A DNA stretch of 64,000 nucleotides, from contig JAXHNJ010000001.1 in the NCBI GenBank assembly GCA_034520665.1, forward strand, positions 2,579 through 66,578, in the 5' to 3' direction. This DNA is from Patescibacteria group bacterium. Its GTDB lineage: Bacteria > Patescibacteriota > Patescibacteriia > JAXHNJ01. This document shows, piece after piece, positions 9,819 through 18,957 of this stretch. The notes below the pieces were generated by a model that saw nothing but the letters and a program-made list of their open reading frames with translations, had not been told where the DNA came from and did no database searches. Within the stretch, counting starts at the first letter, position 1, and every line of letters begins with the position of its first letter. A program made the translations under genes and the position numbers.

Positions 9819-11045
9819 TTAATTTTTCCACAATAAATTAGTGCGCATCCAACAATTTGAACTACAATTTTCAGTAGTGTTGTCGTAATAGGTACCTGAC
9901 ATACTATTATAACTTTCTCCATTGTCTAAAATATCACTATCACAATCTATCTGTATAATATCTTTTTCTTCCCAAACATCTCCCATACTCGAGTAAGGTT
10001 TTTCTTCTTGGCAAAATATATTTTCTTTAGGAAATAGAGCGCAACACCATTTATCAATATCTCCTACTCTTTCATCATTTGTACAATAATCCCTTGGCTC
10101 ATCTTTATCCCAACAAGCTGTTTCTACTTCTCCAGAATATTCTCCTTTAAAACTACAATTTATTCTTTTCCAATTTCCTTCACAAGGATTTTCTACTATT
10201 TCAACATAAGCACAGGAGTCAAAGGAAAGACCGGGTCTATCCTTACTACATTTATAATCAGTTATTTTATTTTTTTCCAATATGTCGTCAATTTTATAAC
10301 ACTCATCTTTATTAGCTTCCTCACATAATTTTTGTGGGTCAAAACAATTTAAAGGACAATCTTCACCCACCATAGTTACATCATTAGCACAAATTTGTGG
10401 GTTACCCTCCTCATCAACATCACTACAGACACTACCACAACAATAAGATTCACCATAACCCACTTCATCCTGGACACTTTTAGGAATATCATAACTTGTA
10501 CCACAAGCAAAATGTGGGTAATTATCTATTGATTCTTTATCCGGGAAATCTTTGCAATAAAAAGTATCTAAAACATTTTTTGATATATTAGACAAGGGCA
10601 AAAGTTTAAAGCGGACCAAGGCCGGGTTAATAGTATTAAGTAAAACAAAAGCCCCTAAGGTTAAAACCAGACCGATTAAAGCGCCGTTTAAAGTGGCTTT
10701 GGCTTTTTCTATTTTGGTGGCATTGCCGCTGGCAGTAATCCACTGGAAACCAGCAAAGACAATCATGACAGCGGCAAAGATACCGGCCGCTCGAGCAAAC
10801 CATTGGTAAAACTGTATAATATATTCGCCAAAGTTATTGACACAGTAACTACCAGCAAATTTTCCGTTTTCATCACAGGGTTTAGTCAATTTTGGTATTT
10901 TCAAATTTACTGGTATTTCCTTTTCTCCGGTTTCATTACTACCCTCTTCTTGAGCTAAAGTATTATAAAAAGGAAAGAGTAAAAAAAGTAATACTGTTAA
11001 AACTAAAGTTAATTTAGTTAATATTTTTATATTTTTATTTATCAT
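9819..11045 (-). CDS. VirB2/TrbC-like pilin with Cys-rich C-terminus, paralog A (mirror copy)
   Basis: Identical to ORF 13545-14771. The 453-aa call arises from a 1-nt insertion near 11058 that fuses the upstream gene. Confidence 0.75.
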   Translation of the reverse strand: MINKNIKILTKLTLVLTVLLFLLFPFYNTLAQEEGSNETGEKEIPVNLKIPKLTKPCDENGKFAGSYCVNNFGEYIIQFYQWFARAAGIFAAVMIVFAGFQWITASGNATKIEKAKATLNGALIGLVLTLGAFVLLNTINPALVRFKLLPLSNISKNVLDTFYCKDFPDKESIDNYPHFACGTSYDIPKSVQDEVGYGESYCCGSVCSDVDEEGNPQICANDVTMVGEDCPLNCFDPQKLCEEANKDECYKIDDILEKNKITDYKCSKDRPGLSFDSCAYVEIVENPCEGNWKRINCSFKGEYSGEVETACWDKDEPRDYCTNDERVGDIDKWCCALFPKENIFCQEEKPYSSMGDVWEEKDIIQIDCDSDILDNGESYNSMSGTYYDNTTENCSSNCWMRTNLLWKN

Positions 11046-11053
11046 ATTATAAT

Positions 11054-11601
11054 TTAATAAATAGGACTTAAAAATTGCCTTTAAAGCCTCAAAAGTTTCT
11101 TTATCCAAAAAATTTGTAATCTCGCTAGGATTTTCATAAATATAATGTCCTAAAATAATCAGAAAAATAATTACTGCCAAACCAAGCCAAATATACCAGG
11201 TAGCCAGAAAAAAACTGACGATAGCCCCGAGAATTGGTATTATTATTCTTTGAATGAGTATTTTTAAAAACTTTTTAGCTGCTTTTTTAACTACTTTTTT
11301 GACTTTTTCTCTTAACCTCCTCTTTGGCTATTTTTCTTACTCTTTCTAATTTTCTTCTTCTTTGTCTTTCCTCATCTTCTTCTTCCTCCTTTTTTGTATC
11401 TTCCTGATTAAAATCTAATCCATCTTTTTCAGAGGATGAATTTCTATATTCTTCTGGAGTTTCCCCATCATCCGCTTGGGTTTCAGGAATTTCACGTAAA
11501 TTTTCTTGATTAATGTTTCTTTCATTAAAACGTTTTTCTTTTAACTCTCTTTCAATTTCCCTATCTTTATTTTCACTTTTTTTTTCATCTAATTCTTTCA
11601 T
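11054..11601 (-). pseudogene. Frameshifted mirror copy of the 182-aa protein at 12988-13536
   Basis: Indels near 11058, 11310 and 11580-11590 relative to the right arm; probably sequence errors. Confidence 0.7.
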
Positions 11602-11611
11602 AACTTATATT

Positions 11612-12199
11612 TTATAGATCACTCTTTTCACCCCAGGAAGCAGCATTAATTTTCCATGTATTATCAATTTTTTTTAACTCTAAAACTAATTTCTGATAAT
11701 AATTATCCAGAGTATCTGTTAGATCTTCTTCAGTTCTTTCAGTTAATAACTCTACTCTAGCGCTTTCGTCGGAAAAATTAGTTATTTTATTAGAAATTAC
11801 TTTACTCACCATAGCTTTATAATCATCGTCTTCAGATCTAATTTTCTCTTGTTCTTCAATATAGCTATCTATATCTTTTTGGTAGCTAGAAGTCATCCAT
11901 GATTTAAGGTTTTCTAAATTTTCAAAATCATTTTTGTTTGAATAACTGCCGAAACGTTCAGCAAAAGTATGGGCCATTCCTATTATTTCATTTTTTTCTT
12001 TACTTTTATCAATAGCCGAATTAGTATTATTATTCGCATTTGTATTAACCGAAAGATTTAGATTTTGATTCTGATTTAAATTTAAAGCAAAATTAGTATT
12101 TGCTTGATTAAGATTGTCGTCATTCACATTGCCATTACCCTCATACCAATAAAAAAATACAAAGGCCAGACCTCCTAAAATAATTATAACGGCTACCAT
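11612..12199 (-). CDS. Membrane-anchored hypothetical protein (mirror copy)
   Basis: Identical to ORF 12390-12977. Confidence 0.75.
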   Translation of the reverse strand: MVAVIIILGGLAFVFFYWYEGNGNVNDDNLNQANTNFALNLNQNQNLNLSVNTNANNNTNSAIDKSKEKNEIIGMAHTFAERFGSYSNKNDFENLENLKSWMTSSYQKDIDSYIEEQEKIRSEDDDYKAMVSKVISNKITNFSDESARVELLTERTEEDLTDTLDNYYQKLVLELKKIDNTWKINAASWGEKSDL

Positions 12200-12389
12200 A
12201 ATGATAAATAGATAATTTTTTCATATATTTATATTTTAATTAACCTAAACCTTGGCTGTCTTTACTAACACTTTATACCTCTGATAGCTTTCGGCGGTAA
12301 GCTATCAGAGGTATAAAGTGTTAGTAAAGACAGCCAAGGTTTAGGTTAATTAAAATATAAATATATGAAAAAATTATCTATTTATCATT

Positions 12390-12977
12390 ATGGTAGCCGT
12401 TATAATTATTTTAGGAGGTCTGGCCTTTGTATTTTTTTATTGGTATGAGGGTAATGGCAATGTGAATGACGACAATCTTAATCAAGCAAATACTAATTTT
12501 GCTTTAAATTTAAATCAGAATCAAAATCTAAATCTTTCGGTTAATACAAATGCGAATAATAATACTAATTCGGCTATTGATAAAAGTAAAGAAAAAAATG
12601 AAATAATAGGAATGGCCCATACTTTTGCTGAACGTTTCGGCAGTTATTCAAACAAAAATGATTTTGAAAATTTAGAAAACCTTAAATCATGGATGACTTC
12701 TAGCTACCAAAAAGATATAGATAGCTATATTGAAGAACAAGAGAAAATTAGATCTGAAGACGATGATTATAAAGCTATGGTGAGTAAAGTAATTTCTAAT
12801 AAAATAACTAATTTTTCCGACGAAAGCGCTAGAGTAGAGTTATTAACTGAAAGAACTGAAGAAGATCTAACAGATACTCTGGATAATTATTATCAGAAAT
12901 TAGTTTTAGAGTTAAAAAAAATTGATAATACATGGAAAATTAATGCTGCTTCCTGGGGTGAAAAGAGTGATCTATAA
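12390..12977 (+). CDS. Membrane-anchored hypothetical protein with Asn-rich linker and possible NTF2/VirB8-like domain
   Basis: 195-aa ORF with a TM helix, FAERFGSYSN motif and a C-terminal LELKKIDNTWKI strand typical of NTF2-like folds (inference). Confidence 0.7.
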   Translation: MVAVIIILGGLAFVFFYWYEGNGNVNDDNLNQANTNFALNLNQNQNLNLSVNTNANNNTNSAIDKSKEKNEIIGMAHTFAERFGSYSNKNDFENLENLKSWMTSSYQKDIDSYIEEQEKIRSEDDDYKAMVSKVISNKITNFSDESARVELLTERTEEDLTDTLDNYYQKLVLELKKIDNTWKINAASWGEKSDL

Positions 12978-12987
12978 AATATAAGTT

Positions 12988-13536
12988 ATGAAAGAATTAG
13001 ACATGAAAAAAAAGAGTGAAAATAAAGATAGGGAAATTGAAAGAGAGTTAAAAGAAAAACGTTTTAATGAAAGAAACATTAATCAAGAAAATTTACGTGA
13101 AATTCCTGAAACCCAAGCGGATGATGGGGAAACTCCAGAAGAATATAGAAATTCATCCTCTGAAAAAGATGGATTAGATTTTAATCAGGAAGATACAAAA
13201 AAGGAGGAAGAAGAAGATGAGGAAAGACAAAGAAGAAGAAAATTAGAAAGAGTAAGAAAAATAGCCAAAGAGGAGGTTAAGAAAAAAGTCAAAAAAGTAG
13301 TTAAAAAAGCAGCTAAAAAGTTTTTAAAAATACTCATTCAAAGAATAATAATACCAATTCTCGGGGCTATCGTCAGTTTTTTTCTGGCTACCTGGTATAT
13401 TTGGCTTGGTTTGGCAGTAATTATTTTTCTGATTATTTTAGGACATTATATTTATGAAAATCCTAGCGAGATTACAAATTTTTTGGATAAAGAAACTTTT
13501 GAGGCTTTAAAGGCAATTTTTAAGTCCTATTTTTAA
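12988..13536 (+). CDS. Hypothetical protein, charged N-terminus plus 2 TM helices
   Basis: Intact 182-aa ORF. Confidence 0.75.
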   Translation: MKELDMKKKSENKDREIERELKEKRFNERNINQENLREIPETQADDGETPEEYRNSSSEKDGLDFNQEDTKKEEEEDEERQRRRKLERVRKIAKEEVKKKVKKVVKKAAKKFLKILIQRIIIPILGAIVSFFLATWYIWLGLAVIIFLIILGHYIYENPSEITNFLDKETFEALKAIFKSYF

Positions 13537-13544
13537 ATTATAAT

Positions 13545-14771
13545 ATGATAAATAAAAATATAAAAATATTAACTAAATTAACTTTAGTTTTAACAGTATT
13601 ACTTTTTTTACTCTTTCCTTTTTATAATACTTTAGCTCAAGAAGAGGGTAGTAATGAAACCGGAGAAAAGGAAATACCAGTAAATTTGAAAATACCAAAA
13701 TTGACTAAACCCTGTGATGAAAACGGAAAATTTGCTGGTAGTTACTGTGTCAATAACTTTGGCGAATATATTATACAGTTTTACCAATGGTTTGCTCGAG
13801 CGGCCGGTATCTTTGCCGCTGTCATGATTGTCTTTGCTGGTTTCCAGTGGATTACTGCCAGCGGCAATGCCACCAAAATAGAAAAAGCCAAAGCCACTTT
13901 AAACGGCGCTTTAATCGGTCTGGTTTTAACCTTAGGGGCTTTTGTTTTACTTAATACTATTAACCCGGCCTTGGTCCGCTTTAAACTTTTGCCCTTGTCT
14001 AATATATCAAAAAATGTTTTAGATACTTTTTATTGCAAAGATTTCCCGGATAAAGAATCAATAGATAATTACCCACATTTTGCTTGTGGTACAAGTTATG
14101 ATATTCCTAAAAGTGTCCAGGATGAAGTGGGTTATGGTGAATCTTATTGTTGTGGTAGTGTCTGTAGTGATGTTGATGAGGAGGGTAACCCACAAATTTG
14201 TGCTAATGATGTAACTATGGTGGGTGAAGATTGTCCTTTAAATTGTTTTGACCCACAAAAATTATGTGAGGAAGCTAATAAAGATGAGTGTTATAAAATT
14301 GACGACATATTGGAAAAAAATAAAATAACTGATTATAAATGTAGTAAGGATAGACCCGGTCTTTCCTTTGACTCCTGTGCTTATGTTGAAATAGTAGAAA
14401 ATCCTTGTGAAGGAAATTGGAAAAGAATAAATTGTAGTTTTAAAGGAGAATATTCTGGAGAAGTAGAAACAGCTTGTTGGGATAAAGATGAGCCAAGGGA
14501 TTATTGTACAAATGATGAAAGAGTAGGAGATATTGATAAATGGTGTTGCGCTCTATTTCCTAAAGAAAATATATTTTGCCAAGAAGAAAAACCTTACTCG
14601 AGTATGGGAGATGTTTGGGAAGAAAAAGATATTATACAGATAGATTGTGATAGTGATATTTTAGACAATGGAGAAAGTTATAATAGTATGTCAGGTACCT
14701 ATTACGACAACACTACTGAAAATTGTAGTTCAAATTGTTGGATGCGCACTAATTTATTGTGGAAAAATTAA
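13545..14771 (+). CDS. VirB2/TrbC-like (T4SS-type) pilin with Cys-rich C-terminus, paralog A
   Basis: Signal peptide, then AGIFAAVMIVFAGFQWITASGN-ATKIEKAK-TLNGALIGL-LLNTINPAL, the two-helix pilin signature common in CPR. Confidence 0.78.
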   Translation: MINKNIKILTKLTLVLTVLLFLLFPFYNTLAQEEGSNETGEKEIPVNLKIPKLTKPCDENGKFAGSYCVNNFGEYIIQFYQWFARAAGIFAAVMIVFAGFQWITASGNATKIEKAKATLNGALIGLVLTLGAFVLLNTINPALVRFKLLPLSNISKNVLDTFYCKDFPDKESIDNYPHFACGTSYDIPKSVQDEVGYGESYCCGSVCSDVDEEGNPQICANDVTMVGEDCPLNCFDPQKLCEEANKDECYKIDDILEKNKITDYKCSKDRPGLSFDSCAYVEIVENPCEGNWKRINCSFKGEYSGEVETACWDKDEPRDYCTNDERVGDIDKWCCALFPKENIFCQEEKPYSSMGDVWEEKDIIQIDCDSDILDNGESYNSMSGTYYDNTTENCSSNCWMRTNLLWKN

Positions 14772-14792
14772 AATATAAGTAAATATTATTAA

Positions 14793-14965
14793 TATGAACC
14801 CAAAATTAAAAAGAATTTTACTCATTATCGGCTTTATGTGGAGAAAATCCTTGTGGATCAAGTGCATCTGCCAGTGCTACTGATTGCAGTATTGTGCCTA
14901 ATGGACATTGCTGTATGGATGTTAACTTATATGTTAAAAATGAAAATAATATTTTTCCTAATTAA
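14793..14965 (+). pseudogene. Chimeric relic: 45 bp of the TolB-like gene start joined to the Cys-rich C-terminus of a third pilin
   Basis: 14793-14837 equals 16403-16447. 14837-14965 reads CGENPCGSSASASATDCSIVPNGHCCMDVNLYVKNENNIFPN*. Confidence 0.7.
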
Positions 14966-14973
14966 ATAATAAG

Positions 14974-16248
14974 ATGAAAAAAATAGCTAAAATAATCTTA
15001 ATCCTATCAATTTTTTCCGTTTTGTTATTTTATTCAGGGCAAGTTTTAGCTCAGGAAGAAGGAAGTGATACAGAAGTGGGTGAAAAACAGATTAAAGTAA
15101 ATTTACAAATTCCCGGCTTAACCAAAAAATGTGATCCCGATTGTAATACCTCTACCTGTGATTATTGTGTCAATAACTTTGGCGATTATATTATACAGTT
15201 TTACCAATGGTTTGCTCGAGCGGCCGGTATCTTTGCCGCTGTCATGATTGTCTTTGCTGGTTTCCAGTGGATTACTGCCAGCGGCAATGCCACCAAAATA
15301 GAAAAAGCCAAAGCCACTTTAAACGGCGCTTTAATGGGTCTGGTTTTAACCTTAGGGGCTTTTGTTTTACTTAATACTATTAACCCAGCCTTGGTCCGCT
15401 TTAAACTTTTGCCCTTGTCTAATATATCAAAAAATGTTTTAGATACTTTTTATTGCAAAGATTTCCCGGATAAAGAATCAATAGATAGTTACCCATATTT
15501 TGCTTGTGGTACAAGATATGATATTCCTAAAAGTGCCCAGGATAAAGCAGCTTATGGTGAATCATATTGTTGTGGTAGTGAATGTGATCCGACTGTAGAA
15601 ACTAAATCCGGAGAACCAAAAATTTGCGCCAATGACGTTACTTCTAAAAAGGATTGTCCTTTAAATTGTTTTGACCCCAAGGATTTATGCGATGAAGCTG
15701 ATGATGAAAAATGCCAAGAAGTGGATGCTGTTATTGCTAAAAATCCAGAAATAAAATCAAGCTGCCGTAGAATTAATAAGGGTTTTGGGAATATGGACTG
15801 CCGTTTTGCAAAAATACGTGGTACTAGTAGTAATGGAATATTTGAAGTTAATCTTTTACAAGATGAGTTGACTGAAAAAGTCTGTGAAGAAGTTACTGAT
15901 ATAAGAATAGATTGTGAACGTGGCGGTACCCAATGTTGGGACTCTGATAATAATGAACCAAGATATCTCATAGCTCCTAGCAAAATTTTTTGTAGCAGTG
16001 ATTCCCGGGCTAACGTAGAAGCTGACACTATTTGTTGTATGAAAGCCTTAAAAACAGAAATTGATTGTCGGGATCCTGGGAAATGTGATAGTAAAAATGA
16101 AATTGAGGTAGACTGTGACACCTATAATAGCCCGGAATTTAATGATATGAAATACCAAGGTGGCGGCGAGGATCTTGCTTGTATTGATAATAATGAATGT
16201 TTTTGTCCAGCTGATCATATTTGTTGTGCTCAAACTTATCTTCATTAA
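14974..16248 (+). CDS. VirB2/TrbC-like pilin with Cys-rich C-terminus, paralog B
   Basis: Same pilin core as paralog A with a divergent Cys-rich tail. Confidence 0.78.
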   Translation: MKKIAKIILILSIFSVLLFYSGQVLAQEEGSDTEVGEKQIKVNLQIPGLTKKCDPDCNTSTCDYCVNNFGDYIIQFYQWFARAAGIFAAVMIVFAGFQWITASGNATKIEKAKATLNGALMGLVLTLGAFVLLNTINPALVRFKLLPLSNISKNVLDTFYCKDFPDKESIDSYPYFACGTRYDIPKSAQDKAAYGESYCCGSECDPTVETKSGEPKICANDVTSKKDCPLNCFDPKDLCDEADDEKCQEVDAVIAKNPEIKSSCRRINKGFGNMDCRFAKIRGTSSNGIFEVNLLQDELTEKVCEEVTDIRIDCERGGTQCWDSDNNEPRYLIAPSKIFCSSDSRANVEADTICCMKALKTEIDCRDPGKCDSKNEIEVDCDTYNSPEFNDMKYQGGGEDLACIDNNECFCPADHICCAQTYLH

Positions 16249-16403
16249 AATTTACTTGATTATATCGTCAAATTATTAGAGAAATATTTTTTTATATCTA
16301 AATACAGCTAATAAACTCTACTATTAATTATAAAATTTTAGCTCCAAACTTATCTGTATTTTAACTATTAATAAATAATTTAATTAATTTATAAATAGAT
16401 TAT

Positions 16404-17660
16404 ATGAACCCAAAATTAAAAAGAATTTTACTCATTATCGGCTTTATAGCCGTAGCCGTTTTTTTTGGCTATTTAATTTACCGTATCTTATTTTCGCCAA
16501 TAATAGATACTAATGATAATGATAATTATAATGTCAACGGCATTTTACCTAATATTAACGCGGTTAATCGCCCCACAGGCAATATTAATGATAATTTAAA
16601 TGTTAACGAAGCTTTGCCTAATATTAATGGTACAGCTCAGCCCGAACCGCCCTCCCAGGTAGCTTCCGGCGGGATTACCGAGGTTAGTAAGATTACCGAA
16701 GACTTAACCAAGTCAGCTGTAATAGATACCAATAAAAAGGATTTGATTTATTATGATGAATTAACTGGAGAATTTATTAAAACTTCGCCGGATGGCACCA
16801 CTAAAACAAAATTAACTGACGATAAATATCCCGGAGCCGAAGATATTTACTGGTCTCCTTCACGTGATAAAGCTGTTATTACTTTTCCTGACCGATCCAA
16901 AATAACTTACGATTTTAACCTAAAAAAGCAGTACAGTTTACCTAAAGAAACATATGAATTTTCTTTTTCTCCGTCATCAGGTAAATTAGCTTATAAGTAT
17001 CAGGGCGAGCAGGAAGGAGATAATTATTTAGCTGTTTCTGACCCTGAAGGCACTTCAGCCAGATTGGTGGAAGACTTGGGGCAATATGCTAATCAAGTAA
17101 CTGTAAATTGGGCTCCTAATAATCAGGTTATTGCTACTTATAACAAATCAACCAGTACTGAAGAGCAGGAAATAATTTTTTTAGGGGCTAATAATGAAAA
17201 TTTCCCCTCTGTTGATGTATCCGGAAGGGGTTTTAAATCAAAATGGTCACCGACAGGCAATACTATTTTATACAGTGTTTTTGACAAAGAATCAAATTAT
17301 AACCCCAGTCTTCATATAATGGACGGCACTATGGAAAATATAGGAGCCAGTCAAGTTGATTTAAACATACAGACCTGGCCTGATAAATGTGTTTTTGGCG
17401 ATAATAATTATATTTACTGCGCCGTACCTGAATTTCTGCCCAGTGGCAGTGACATTTATCCGGAATTAGCTAATAATGTACCTGATGATTTTTATAAAAT
17501 TAATCTGGAAACAGGTTCAAAAGAATTATTAGCTAGACCGGTAAATTCTTCCGGATTTGGTAACTATACGGCCCAGAATGTTTATCTTTCCAATAATGAA
17601 GAATATATTTATTTTACCGATAAAAATACAGGACGAGTTTATAAAATAAGACTGAAATAA
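16404..17660 (+). CDS. Membrane-anchored TolB-like beta-propeller protein
   Basis: 418 aa; WSP-type blade repeats and a TM anchor. Confidence 0.75.
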   Translation: MNPKLKRILLIIGFIAVAVFFGYLIYRILFSPIIDTNDNDNYNVNGILPNINAVNRPTGNINDNLNVNEALPNINGTAQPEPPSQVASGGITEVSKITEDLTKSAVIDTNKKDLIYYDELTGEFIKTSPDGTTKTKLTDDKYPGAEDIYWSPSRDKAVITFPDRSKITYDFNLKKQYSLPKETYEFSFSPSSGKLAYKYQGEQEGDNYLAVSDPEGTSARLVEDLGQYANQVTVNWAPNNQVIATYNKSTSTEEQEIIFLGANNENFPSVDVSGRGFKSKWSPTGNTILYSVFDKESNYNPSLHIMDGTMENIGASQVDLNIQTWPDKCVFGDNNYIYCAVPEFLPSGSDIYPELANNVPDDFYKINLETGSKELLARPVNSSGFGNYTAQNVYLSNNEEYIYFTDKNTGRVYKIRLK

Positions 17661-17663
17661 TAA

Positions 17664-18282
17664 ATGGATAAAAAAAAGCTAGGCCTAAATGCTTTAATAG
17701 TATTAGCTGTATTAATAGTTATTCTATTTGCTTATTCGGTTTTGTCTTTTTTAATGATAAAACTGGTTCAAGTTTTCCGAAAATTAAATCAGAAAACCCC
17801 ATTATAGGGAAAAAAGTAATGAAGTGGTAATAATTCAATATGGGGATTTTCAGTGTCCTTATTGCAGAGAGTTGGCCGATATTTTTCGTAATTTAAATGA
17901 TGAATATGAAGGAGAGATAGCTATTGTCTGGAAGGATTTTCCGCTTCATCAAATTCATGATCAATCTTTAAACGCGGCTAAGGCGGCCCGTTGCGCTCAG
18001 AAGCAGGATAAATTTTGGCAGATGCACGATCTACTTTTTCAAAACCAAAAAAAACTAACTGATGACTTATATGTACCCTTAGCTTCTGGCTTAGATTTGG
18101 ACACTGATGAATTTATTCAATGTGTTAATAATAATGAAACCCTAGCTTTAATTCAGAAAGATATAGAGGAAGGAACAAGTTTAGGTGTTCAGGGCACGCC
18201 TCATTTCTTTGTAAATAATTATGAAATAACTGAGTTAATTGAAGAGGAGGAACTCAAAGATATTATTGATTCATTGCTTTAA
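17664..18282 (+). pseudogene. dsbA: DsbA copy with two homopolymer deletions (probably sequence errors)
   Basis: T6 at 17747-17752 and A6 at 17810-17815, versus 7-nt runs in the intact left-arm copy. Confidence 0.8.
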
Positions 18283-18388
18283 AAATTAATTAAGCCAAAT
18301 AATATAAAAAGATCTTTTTTTTAAATAAGATTTTTTTTAATCTATAAAAAAAGAAGGGTGGTTCGGCTGAACCACCCTGGTGAAAGTA

Positions 18389-18664
18389 CTAGTTTGTCTG
18401 TAGATGTTTTTTAATTTCGGGATTAACATCCCCAATTATTTTAATAACCTCATTTCTTAACTTGGAGTGATTTTCATGCTCAGCCCATTGCCGGGCCCAG
18501 TTGATTAAGCCACTGCTGTTTCTTTCAAGATGTTTTTTGAATCCTTCCTTTTTTGAAAATTTCCGGATTTCTTCTAATAATGTTTTTTCTCCGTTGCGAT
18601 GTATAATCTGACTGGCGTTGTTAACTCCCAGTAAAGAACAGAGATTATTTGTGTAGACACACAT
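18389..18664 (-). CDS. Small hypothetical protein (91 aa, mirror copy)
   Basis: Identical to ORF 5924-6199. Confidence 0.6.
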   Translation of the reverse strand: MCVYTNNLCSLLGVNNASQIIHRNGEKTLLEEIRKFSKKEGFKKHLERNSSGLINWARQWAEHENHSKLRNEVIKIIGDVNPEIKKHLQTN

Positions 18665-18791
18665 CTTTGATCCTCTCTTTAAACAGACAAACTTAGCTAA
18701 TTTATGGTTTTATATTTCAATTAATTCACCTCCTTTTTTTGTTTTTAAGTCAACTAGACCAAGAAATAATTAATTAATTGAAAAAATTAAA

Positions 18792-18890
18792 GAGGGAGCA
18801 CTTTTTTTATAAATAGTCTTTTAAACAGGCGAGAGGATCAATCTTTACCTGTTTAAGACTTTAGTTATTTATGAGCGGAAGCGCTCCCTC
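18792..18890 (-). ncRNA. Mirror copy of the putative structured RNA
   Basis: Reverse complement of 5698-5796. Confidence 0.5.
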
Positions 18891-18957
18891 GTGTGTACTT
18901 AAAGTGCCTATAATAATAAATACTATCTAAAATTTTAATATTTGTCAAGAGCTTGGC

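Noticed and set aside
9819-11180. 453-aa extended pilin unique to the left arm
   Set aside because: Produced by a 1-nt insertion near 11058 that removes the upstream gene's stop; the right arm shows two separate genes.
12291-12298. Sequencing adapter at the palindrome apex
   Set aside because: The loop is only 8 nt and matches no adapter I recognise. This excludes a simple missed adapter but not a fold-back chimera.
13746-15580. Diversity-generating retroelement TR/VR pair
   Set aside because: Both copies are coding N-terminal cores, differences are not confined to adenines, and no reverse transcriptase is in the window.
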